From the NCBI GenBank assembly GCA_043808785.1, contig JAZDEL010000010.1:150001-182000 (forward strand): DNA of 32,000 nt. The letters are read 5' to 3'. Positions 25,608 to 32,000 of this stretch are shown one piece after another. The notes under the pieces were generated by a model. It ran no database searches. It was not told where the DNA came from and saw only the letters and a program-made list of their open reading frames with translations. The position numbers and the translations under genes were made by a program. The DNA comes from Candidatus Iainarchaeum sp. GTDB taxonomy: Archaea > Iainarchaeota > Iainarchaeia > Iainarchaeales > JAZDEL01. How positions within the stretch are numbered: the first letter of the stretch is position 1; each line of letters begins with the position of its first letter.

Positions 25608-26702
25608 TTACAGGAAGTCCAGGTCGAGGCCGCCTTTCTTTGCGCCCGTCCTTGTCCTCGAGGAGTAGCCGCTGCTGCTGTCCTCGCGGGCAGGCCCCTT
25701 GATGTACGGGCTGTGCACTCCCGTGAAGATTGTTATGACTTCCATCTTGTTCTCGAATGTAGGGTCAACCCTTGCGCCCCATATGACCGAGGCTTTCGGG
25801 TCGATTTTCTCCGTCAGCATTTCGCCGACTGCGTTCGCTTCCCCGAGTGTGAGTTCCGGACCTCCGGTTATGTGTATGAGCGCGCCTGTTGCGCCCGCTA
25901 TATCCACATCGAGCAGTGCGTTCTTGAGCGTGTCCTCCACAACCTCATTCACCTTGTCCACGCTCTTGCTTTCGCCGACAGCAATTACGCTGAGCCCCTT
26001 GTTGCTCATTATTGACCTTACATCCGCATAGTCCAGGTTTATGAGCGAGGGCTGTGTGATTGTTTCCGTTATGCCGCGCACCGTGCGCGCTATGACCTCG
26101 TCCGCGACCTTGAACGCGTCCTGTATCGGGAGGTTAGGGACAAGTTCCACAAGCCTGTTGTTGTCTATAACAACGACCGTGTCCGTTACCTGCCTCAGTG
26201 CCTCTATTCCTTCCTCCGCCTTTATGAGCCTCGCTTTCTCCAAAGCGAACGGGTATGTGACAATCGCAATAACGATTGCGCCCTGCTCCTTCGCGATTTC
26301 CGCTATGATTGGTGCGGAGCCTGTGCCTGTTCCGCCGCCCATTCCCGCGGATATGAACAGCATATCAACGCCGTCCATTACCTCTTCGAGCGCGCTCCTG
26401 CTGACTTCAGCGGACTTCGCGCCTATCTCCGGGTATCCGCCCGCACCCAGGCCGCGGGTTACGCTTTTGCCTATGAGTATCTTTGTGAGCTCGTCGTTGA
26501 TTATTGCCAGGTGCTGCTTGTCGGTGTTTACCCCAACCAGCTGTGCGCCTGAAATTCCCATGTTTGCAAGGCGGTTCACGGCGTTGCATCCCGCCCCCCC
26601 TGTTCCTATTACCATTATCTTCGGGCTGCCGAATTCCTCAAGCTTGTCCTCTGCCTTGTCGCCTGTTTTGGAAACGGCTTCCTCGACGATTGATTTCATC
26701 AT
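25608..26702 (-). CDS. ftsZ: cell division protein FtsZ
   Basis: It contains GTGGAGCNAVNRL and the tubulin signature GMGGGTGTGSAP. The C-terminal tail is variable. Confidence 0.95.
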   Translation of the reverse strand: MMKSIVEEAVSKTGDKAEDKLEEFGSPKIMVIGTGGAGCNAVNRLANMGISGAQLVGVNTDKQHLAIINDELTKILIGKSVTRGLGAGGYPEIGAKSAEVSRSALEEVMDGVDMLFISAGMGGGTGTGSAPIIAEIAKEQGAIVIAIVTYPFALEKARLIKAEEGIEALRQVTDTVVVIDNNRLVELVPNLPIQDAFKVADEVIARTVRGITETITQPSLINLDYADVRSIMSNKGLSVIAVGESKSVDKVNEVVEDTLKNALLDVDIAGATGALIHITGGPELTLGEANAVGEMLTEKIDPKASVIWGARVDPTFENKMEVITIFTGVHSPYIKGPAREDSSSGYSSRTRTGAKKGGLDLDFL

Positions 26703-26906
26703 TGTTTCTCACCCCTTCTTTGAAAGAAGAATTTTTTTCTTTTATTTAACCTAATTTTCCCCCGAACTCTTTTAAATACGTTCAGTTTTATGTATAAACC
26801 TTTTTTAACGCTCCGTTGCCTTATCTGGTTCTGGAACGCCTGCGAATTGTTATGTATATGTTGCACCCGCGGCCTTGCTGGTGCCAAATATTCCCCTCCA
26901 GAACCA

Positions 26907-26915
26907 TTAATAAAT
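26907..26915 (+). promoter_or_regulatory. TATA box for the SRP RNA
   Basis: TTAATAAAT is centred about 26 nt upstream of the proposed RNA 5' end at 26937. Confidence 0.45.
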
Positions 26916-26936
26916 TCTTGTATTCACAGGTATTAC

Positions 26937-27201
<265 letters not shown>

Positions 27202-27202
<1 letters not shown>

Positions 27203-27276
27203 AAACCTTTCTTTTCAAAAGAAAGGTTTGCGAAAGAAAGGATTTTTGCTTCGCAAAAATCACGCTGCTTATTTGC
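27202..27276. repeat. structured repeat element, copy B (short form), directly following the SRP RNA
   Basis: It begins with the hairpin CAAACCTTTCTTTT-C-AAAAGAAAGGTTTG (27202-27230), then CGAAAGAAAG. The hairpin GATTTTTGC-TTC-GCAAAAATC (27241-27261) follows, then ACGCTGC and TTATTTGC. Confidence 0.75.
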
Positions 27277-27462
27277 ATTTTCATTAACTTTTCACTTTCC
27301 GATAATCAAAGGGTTAATATTGCCCCGATTCGCGGCAGGGGTGTTTATTTCTCTCCCTGCCGTGCATGGGGGCGTCAAATTCGGCGAAACCTGCCAAAAA
27401 GCACGCATGCTTTCCCTTAAGGGTGGGGTTTGTTAAGCACCGCACCCTGCGCGCGCTTTTGG

Positions 27463-27805
27463 TTATGTAGAATTAGCCTTCAGTTTATCCAGCCTTTTTT
27501 CCAGCGCTGTGTAAAGTTCCCGCCTTTTCTGTGCGCTCAGGGAAAACAGCCTTTTCTCTATCGCTTTCTCGGATATGGTGAATATATAATTCGGCTTTAT
27601 CACGCTGTCTTTAACCGCGCCTTCCTTTTTTAACAGGGGAATGCCGCGCATTTCGGTATTGCTCGTTATCCCCGCAACCACGACATTGCCCAGCTCCTCG
27701 AATAGCACAACTGCGGGCCGCTTTTTTTATCTCGAACGTGTCCGCAAACTGGATGTTTGCGAGCACCACATCTCCCGCTTCAGGCATTCTCCCACGCCTC
27801 ATCAT
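27463..27805 (-). pseudogene. PemK/MazF-family toxin interrupted by a frameshift in an A7 homopolymer
   Basis: Two overlapping ORFs (27611-27805 and 27463-27708) join into one MazF-like sequence, ...GDVVLANIQFADTFEIKK|RPAVVLFEELGNVVVAGITSN..., if one A is removed from the A7 run. On the plus strand that run is T7 at 27721-27727. Confidence 0.75.
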
Positions 27806-28007
27806 CCTTATTGTCCCAGAGTTCCTTCATTTTTTCCTGCTGCACCTTGTGCAGGAACTCGTCGTACTGGTTCCTCAATATGCCGCCCCTGTATGCCTTC
27901 GTGAGTTCAAGGATTATCTCGGAATATGTCTGCCTCGGGTACTGCTTTGTTTTTTTCAGTTCCTCGACTGCCTTTCTTTCAATCTGGATTGTAGTAACGT
28001 CCGACAT
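27780..28007 (-). CDS. antitoxin of the MazF-type module (RHH-like N-terminus)
   Basis: The sequence is MSDVTTIQIERKAVEELKK...ELWDNKDDEAWENA. It overlaps the toxin start. I prefer the ATG at 28007 over the GTG at 28016. Confidence 0.65.
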   Translation of the reverse strand: MSDVTTIQIERKAVEELKKTKQYPRQTYSEIILELTKAYRGGILRNQYDEFLHKVQQEKMKELWDNKDDEAWENA

Positions 28008-28026
28008 ATAGTTCACACATAGTTAG

Positions 28027-28044
28027 TATATAGCGCACTATATA
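28027..28044. promoter_or_regulatory. palindromic TATA-like element; candidate promoter/operator of the TA operon
   Basis: TATATAG-CGCA-CTATATA lies 20-37 nt upstream of the antitoxin ATG. Confidence 0.4.
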
Positions 28045-28245
28045 ATTGTTTCCTTTCGGAGCCGCATGGTTGTGCGGCGGGCAAACCCGTCCGTGGCACA
28101 TGTTTCCGTTCCGTGAACAATGCGTTTCCAAACCGCGAACGTGTTTATCTCCTGTTCCCCTTCCCCGCCCAACCACACTTTTTAAATTCTTGCCCAGTCC
28201 AATTAATAGTGTGTTTCGCGCGCATCGCGCGCGCGGATTCGCGCT

Positions 28246-28317
28246 GCTCCGGTAGCTTAGTGGTAGAGCATTCGGCTGTTAACCGAAGGGTCGCAGGTTC
28301 GACTCCTGCCCGGGGCG
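28246..28317 (+). tRNA. tRNA-Asn(GTT), no intron
   Basis: I folded this by hand. The acceptor stem is GCTCCGG/CCGGGGC. The D arm is GCTT-AGTGGTA-GAGC. The anticodon arm is TTCGG-CTGTTAA-CCGAA. The T arm is GCAGG-TTCGACT-CCTGC and the discriminator is G. Confidence 0.92.
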
Positions 28318-28320
28318 CTT

Positions 28321-28725
28321 ATGGTAATCAGGCTGAATCTGTCAAAAGGCAAGCGCTGGAATCACGGAGGATACACGCGTTTCCTGGGCAACTGGCAGTC
28401 CGACCTTTGCGGACCAGCGATTAGTGCCATTCGCGAGGCGATTGAGGCTGGCAGGGTTGAGCGGAGTCACTTTTCACTCCCGAATGAACATAGGGTGGTT
28501 CGCGGATATTTGCTGAGGAATGTTAAAATTGACGCCGAGGGTTTAAAAAACGGAAACATTTTTATGGAGCCTATTCGTCATGGTGCTCCTCATGCATATT
28601 ACATTGTGAGGTCAGGGAGCGAAAAAGGTGCCCTTATACGCAGGGTTGATATGTCGGGGGCAAGTCCTATGGTAAGTCTTTGCGAAAAGAAATTCGCTGA
28701 ACTCAAAAAACAAAAAAAGAAATAG
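28321..28725 (+). CDS. hypothetical protein; the ORF starts 4 nt after tRNA-Asn
   Basis: This is a 134-aa ORF with a Lys-rich C-terminus and no recognisable motif. The true start is uncertain. Confidence 0.35.
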   Translation: MVIRLNLSKGKRWNHGGYTRFLGNWQSDLCGPAISAIREAIEAGRVERSHFSLPNEHRVVRGYLLRNVKIDAEGLKNGNIFMEPIRHGAPHAYYIVRSGSEKGALIRRVDMSGASPMVSLCEKKFAELKKQKKK

Positions 28726-28805
28726 CCAGATTGCCTCCCCACCCTGCCCATCGGCACGACTTCGGCACATGCCTGCGTCTTCCCTCGCCCGCAGAGCCCT
28801 CCTTC

Positions 28806-29360
28806 TCAAATCCAGAACGCGATTATAAACGCAACTGCAACAAGCAGGGCAAAAAGCAGGGCCTCGTGCGCAGGAGCAACCCCCGCATCATCGCCCTTCC
28901 CCCTGAATGCAAACGGCAGAATGTCAAGGTAGTCGCCCTCGAACTCGACTGATTTTTCAGTTTCCACGCGCGCATCTATTCCAGCGCCCTGCTTCAGCAG
29001 TGCGCGGATTTTCTCCGCAGCAAGCGCTGTGCCGTCAAGCGCCTTGCCGCCCCCGCTTATCGGCACGTAATAATCGAACATGTAAACCTCGATGCCCCTT
29101 ATGCGGTTGTCGTTTTCGGCGGGGGAATGCACCGTGGAAAAAATTGCTACATCGCAGTAAGGGTACGCGCCCGTCCCTACCGCATCGCCTATCGCCTTAA
29201 GGTTCGCGTCCGTATACGGCGCCTCCTCCGCGACACTAAAATAAAGCAGCATGTTCTGCCCGCTCTGCCTCATGTCCTCGTCAGAGCCGTGCATTGCCGC
29301 CTTTCCCGCGGCATCGATGCCCTCCTTCCTTATCCTGAGCGTTTTATTCGCAAAGCCCAT
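28806..29360 (-). CDS. hypothetical tail-anchored protein
   Basis: This is a 184-aa ORF with a single C-terminal TM segment (ALLFALLVAVAFIIAFWI) and no recognisable motif. Confidence 0.5.
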   Translation of the reverse strand: MGFANKTLRIRKEGIDAAGKAAMHGSDEDMRQSGQNMLLYFSVAEEAPYTDANLKAIGDAVGTGAYPYCDVAIFSTVHSPAENDNRIRGIEVYMFDYYVPISGGGKALDGTALAAEKIRALLKQGAGIDARVETEKSVEFEGDYLDILPFAFRGKGDDAGVAPAHEALLFALLVAVAFIIAFWI

Positions 29361-29434
29361 TTTGATTCACTTCTCCCGGGCAGGCATTACCCCGCCCCCC
29401 CGGCCTGCGGCAAACTCCTGTCCGCACTTGGGCA

Positions 29435-29812
29435 TTACCTCACCATTCCCCCCATGTGCACCGCATCGGGCAATTGCACCTGCGGCAATTGCATGTTGTT
29501 CTTCTGCCCCTTGCCCTTTCTCTTATCCAGATAATCCTTGTAAAGTTTCCACGCCTTTTTTCCCGCTGCGCCTTTCAGGATTTTCACAATCATGTTCCTC
29601 GGCACGGGCGCCTGCCCCACGGGGGAGTAATCCACAAGCACGATGTCGCCCTCCCTGAGCGCGGGCGCTATTACATCATCAACCCTGAACGTAAGCATGA
29701 ACTCGTCCCACATCTCCACGGTCGCCTGCGTCACCATATCCGCCGACGCGGTGTCCTTCTTTCCCGCGCCATAAACTGCCAGAACCTTCCCGACGTGGTA
29801 CATCTTTCCCAT
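29435..29812 (-). CDS. hypothetical small protein with a basic C-terminus
   Basis: I trimmed the ORF to ATG 29812 (MGKMYHVGKVLAVYG...). The upstream part of the 231-aa ORF is only the translation of the tandem DNA repeats. Confidence 0.5.
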   Translation of the reverse strand: MGKMYHVGKVLAVYGAGKKDTASADMVTQATVEMWDEFMLTFRVDDVIAPALREGDIVLVDYSPVGQAPVPRNMIVKILKGAAGKKAWKLYKDYLDKRKGKGQKNNMQLPQVQLPDAVHMGGMVR

Positions 29813-29865
29813 CCCCCTTGCATGTAATTTCAGCCTTTTTCCCGCTTTACCATATGTGCGCAAAC

Positions 29866-30100
29866 GATATAAAACTCTATGTGTCCCGTTCCCCCGCGGG
29901 TTCGGTTCCTGCACAAACCGCACGGAAACCCGTGCGCCTGTATTTTCGGGCGTGACCGGTTCCTGTGGAACCAATATAAGCCCCGCACGCCCCTGTTCGG
30001 GCATGTTTGGTTCCTGCGGAAACCATACAGCCCCCATATGCCCGCATTTTCGGGGTGCAGGGTTCCTGCGGAAACCATATAAAACTCTATGGGTTAAAAT
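29866..30100. repeat. about 4.5 degenerate tandem repeats of 51-54 bp, each carrying a GGTTCC-N-GGAA(A)CC dyad
   Basis: GGTTCCTG starts at 29904, 29958, 30009 and 30061. Three units carry the compact dyad: GGTTCCTGTGGAACC once and GGTTCCTGCGGAAACC twice. The unit at 29904 has the half-sites separated by a 13-nt insertion. Four of the five copies also carry an ATATAA/ATACAG-like box, and the three full units carry a TT(TT)CGGG box. The flanking partial copies share ATATAAAACTCTATG (29867-29881 and 30077-30091). Confidence 0.85.
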
Positions 30101-30104
30101 ATAA
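30096..30104 (+). promoter_or_regulatory. TATA box for tRNA-Ser
   Basis: AAAATATAA is centred about 30 nt upstream of tRNA position 1 (30131). Confidence 0.4.
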
Positions 30105-30130
30105 CAGGGCATTTTGCCCGTGCCTCCCAT

Positions 30131-30342
30131 GCGGGGGTGGCGGAGTGGTCTAACGCGGCAGCCTGCTACAACTTTTTCTTAAAAAGAAAAAGTTGGCAAA
30201 AAGAACAGTCCGCGCTTGTGCGCGGACAACTGCCCGCCTTCGGCGGGCTGTTTCTTTTGTCAACTTTTCTTTTTTAAAGAAAAGTTGAGTTGCAGCGAGC
30301 TGTTGCCCTCTGGGCGCACGAGTTCGAATCTCGTCCCCCGCG
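30131..30342 (+). tRNA. tRNA-Ser(GCT), class II, with a 129-nt intron at position 37/38
   Basis: I folded this by hand. The acceptor stem is GCGGGGG/CCCCCGC and the D arm is GCG-GAGTGGTCTAA-CGC. The anticodon stem is GCAGC/GCTGT with loop CTGCTA|intron|A. The long variable arm is TGCCCTCTGGGCGC and the T arm is ACGAG-TTCGAAT-CTCGT. The discriminator is G. The hBHBh' motif is canonical: central helix CTGC/GCAG, 3-nt bulges TA|C and CG|A, outer helix AACT/AGTT. Confidence 0.88.
30169..30297 (+). repeat. tRNA-Ser intron, equal to structured repeat element copy C
   Basis: Hairpin CAACTTTTTCTT-AAA-AAGAAAAAGTTG (30169-30195) is followed by GCAAAAAGAACA. Next come hairpin GTCCGCGC-TTGT-GCGCGGAC (30208-30227), a GC hairpin with stem GCCCGC/GCGGGC (30232-30248), TGTTTCTTTTGT, and hairpin CAACTTTTCTTT-TTT-AAAGAAAAGTTG (30261-30287). 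The module order is the same as in copy A. Confidence 0.8.
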
Positions 30343-30517
30343 TTAAACCTTTTCGGAGCGTGGGTTTTCGCTTGGGCTCAAACCCACTTCCAAAAGGTTT
30401 GCGAAAAACGTTAGCCTGCAAAAGGCTTGCGAAAGAAACACAAGGCACGGTTGGAGAAAAACGTTAGCCTGCAAAAAGAAGGGTTTCCGCTTCGCGGAAA
30501 TCACGCCGCTTATTTGC
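30343..30517. repeat. structured repeat element, copy D, directly following tRNA-Ser
   Basis: An extended hairpin AAACCTTTT...AAAAGGTTTG (30345-30401) has an inner stem GTGGGTTT/AAACCCAC. There is a 21-nt internal direct repeat GAAAAACGTTAGCCTGCAAAA (30403-30423 and 30456-30476). Other modules are CACAAGGCACGG (30439-30450), the hairpin GGTTTCCGC-TTC-GCGGAAATC (30482-30502), then ACGCCGC and TTATTTGC. Confidence 0.75.
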
Positions 30518-30522
30518 GGTTT

Positions 30523-31500
30523 TCAGAACAGCATGCCCTGCACGGCGTTGAATATGTAGCCCGTTATTATTACCCCCAGTGCCACGGTTGCGAAGAAAAT
30601 AACCACAAGTCTCGGTTTCATCACGCGCTTCAGCATTATCGCCTCGGGCAAACTTAACGCCGCGGTTGCCATCATGAACGCGAGCGCAGTGCCAAGAGGA
30701 ATTCCCTTTTCAAAAAGCGCCACTGCTATGGGAACAACAGCAGCGCAGTTCGCGTAAAGTGGCACGCCTATAAGCACCGCGAGCGGCACTGTGAATATTC
30801 CCCCGCCCTGCACGATTGCGTTTATTGCCTCCTCCGGAACAAAGCCGTGTATCAGCGCCCCGATTGCAACTCCCGCAATAACCCAGAGCCATATTTTTTT
30901 TACAATTGAAACCCCCTCCTTCAGGCCGAAGCCCGCCCTCTCGCGCAGGGTGTTGTACCTCGCCTTCCACTCCGCAGATTTCCCCTCTCCCGCAAACTCC
31001 CGCTCGACATATTTCTCAAGCCCCATCCTGCCGAGGATAATTCCCCCTAAAGTGCCCATAATTATTCCGCCGAGCACGTAAAGCGCGGTAACCTCCCAGC
31101 CGAAGAAGCCGAGCATTATCACGGCAACATATTCATTCACAAGCGGCGAGGTTATGAGGAATGAAAAATTCACCCCAAGCGGCACGCCCGCCTCCATGAA
31201 CCCTATGAAAACGGGTATCGAGGAGCAGGAGCAGAACGGCGTTACCGCACCGAAAATCGCGGCAATCAGGTTTCCCAACCCCGCGCGCCTGCGGGAAAGA
31301 ATTTCCCTTACCCTGTGCTTCGGCAGGTATGTGCGCAGGAACCCCACAATCGCAATCATCACGAAAAGCAGGATAAGTATTTTTATGGAATCATAAATAA
31401 GGAAATTCAGCGATTCCGCGAGCGTGCCACCGCTTTCGCCGAAAACCGCGCGAACGACAAAATCCGCAAAAGCCTGAATAGGGTAAAACAAGTCAACCAT
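30523..31500 (-). CDS. COG0701/ArsP-like permease
   Basis: It is a multi-pass membrane protein carrying the family-typical TPFCSCSSIP motif. Confidence 0.75.
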   Translation of the reverse strand: MVDLFYPIQAFADFVVRAVFGESGGTLAESLNFLIYDSIKILILLFVMIAIVGFLRTYLPKHRVREILSRRRAGLGNLIAAIFGAVTPFCSCSSIPVFIGFMEAGVPLGVNFSFLITSPLVNEYVAVIMLGFFGWEVTALYVLGGIIMGTLGGIILGRMGLEKYVEREFAGEGKSAEWKARYNTLRERAGFGLKEGVSIVKKIWLWVIAGVAIGALIHGFVPEEAINAIVQGGGIFTVPLAVLIGVPLYANCAAVVPIAVALFEKGIPLGTALAFMMATAALSLPEAIMLKRVMKPRLVVIFFATVALGVIITGYIFNAVQGMLF

Positions 31501-31565
31501 TTTTCCGCCCCTCTGCCCGATTATGCCCGCTTACCCTTTTAACCCTTTCCCAACCCATTTGAACC

Positions 31566-32000
31566 ATGAAGAAAAAAATATTCGCGGTCGCGTTTTTGTT
31601 TTTGGTTCTTGCCGGCTGTTCACAGCCTGCAGAGAACACAAACACTTCCGCGGGTTCGGGCAGCCCCGCGGTTAACGCTGGCGGGAACCAGCAGTCTTCT
31701 GGAGGGGATGATGCAATGAAAACGGTTGCGAAAGGCGACACTGTGAAAGTTGAATACGTCGGGAAGTTCCCCGGCGGGGAAGTGTTTGACAAAAGCGAAG
31801 GGCGCGGGCCGCTTGAATTTACCGTCGGCGCGGGGCAGATGATTGCGGGCTTCGATGAGGCTGTTGTGGGGATGAAACTTAACTCGGAGAAAACCGTAAC
31901 AATTCCTCCCGAGAAGGCTTACGGAACCCTTGACCCTTCGCTTGTTGTGGAGGTTCCCCTCGCCAACATAGGCGGGGACGGGAATGTGCAAATAGGCTCG
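31566..32000 (+). CDS. FKBP-type peptidyl-prolyl cis-trans isomerase with a lipoprotein-type signal; 3' end beyond the window
   Basis: My manual translation is MKKKIFAVAFLFLVLAGCSQP...GDTVKVEYVGKFPGGEVFDKSEGRGPLEFTVGAGQMIAGFDEAVVGMKLNSEKTVTIPPEKAYG. It is not in the ORF track because no stop lies in the window. Confidence 0.85.
   Translation, partial: MKKKIFAVAFLFLVLAGCSQPAENTNTSAGSGSPAVNAGGNQQSSGGDDAMKTVAKGDTVKVEYVGKFPGGEVFDKSEGRGPLEFTVGAGQMIAGFDEAVVGMKLNSEKTVTIPPEKAYGTLDPSLVVEVPLANIGGDGNVQIGS

Noticed and set aside
26826-26906. An inverted pair GGTTCTGG / CCAGAACC in the ftsZ / SRP RNA intergenic region, as further ORB-like sites.
   Set aside because: The arms are only 8 bp and lie about 65 bp apart. 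The similarity to the 29904-30076 dyads is limited to GGTTC. The evidence is insufficient to call.
28214-28240. An alternating CG tract (CGCGCGCATCGCGCGCGCG) just upstream of tRNA-Asn, as a possible Z-DNA or regulatory element.
   Set aside because: It is short and interrupted. It is most simply a GC-rich leader between the TATA-like box and the tRNA 5' end. I found no second copy in the window.
29374-29384. An attachment-site repeat of the tRNA-Asn 3' end. CCTGCCCGGG at 28306-28315 matches CCCGGGCAGG near 29376 in inverted orientation.
   Set aside because: The match is only 10 bp, it is centred on the self-complementary CCCGGG, and its orientation is inverted, whereas att sites are direct. 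It is compatible with chance.
29866-30100. A possible small CRISPR array, because a conserved roughly 20-bp motif recurs about every 52 bp.
   Set aside because: The segments between the conserved motifs are homologous to each other (shared TTTTCGGG and ATATAA boxes), so they are degenerate tandem repeats and not unique spacers. The repeat is short and imperfect, and no cas genes are nearby.
29813-30130. The N-terminal 106 codons of the 231-aa ORF 29435-30130.
   Set aside because: This part is only the translation of the tandem DNA repeats (the peptide repeats FPQEP, VPQEP and VQEP). It would also run up to the tRNA-Ser start. I trimmed the gene to ATG 29812.

Overview
This is an archaeal chromosomal segment. 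The evidence is two tRNA genes with bulge-helix-bulge introns at position 37/38, an archaeal-type SRP (7S) RNA, an aMBF1 gene and ftsZ. The lineage cannot be fixed from this window; a small-genome, DPANN-like archaeon is plausible.

Housekeeping genes:
- a translationally coupled glmS-glmM-acetyltransferase operon
- uppP
- a long-form guaA
- mbf1 overlapping an M50 site-2 protease gene
- ftsZ
- a COG0701-type permease
- an FKBP lipoprotein

Accessory-looking content:
- a membrane-anchored SNase-type nuclease
- a 1097-aa HerA/DUF87-like ATPase with a roughly 300-aa polyacidic N-terminus, followed by a duplicated-HTH protein
- two MazF-type toxin-antitoxin loci; one has a 32-aa antitoxin and the other a toxin frameshifted in an A7 run
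- a Cys-repeat lipoprotein transcribed divergently from a radical SAM/twitch enzyme
- an operon-like block of three Cys-rich/Ig-like surface proteins, a KaiC-like ATPase and a DUF4013-like membrane protein

The most unusual signal is at the DNA level. A family of structured, palindrome-bounded repeat elements is attached to three of the four stable-RNA genes in the window:
- one copy abuts the 3' end of tRNA-Ala
- one follows the SRP RNA
- one follows tRNA-Ser
- one makes up essentially the whole 129-nt intron of tRNA-Ser(GCU)

Upstream of tRNA-Ser there is also an array of about 52-bp tandem repeats with a dyad that resembles an ORB core.

All calls come from reading the sequence and the supplied ORF track. 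No searches or computations were run.
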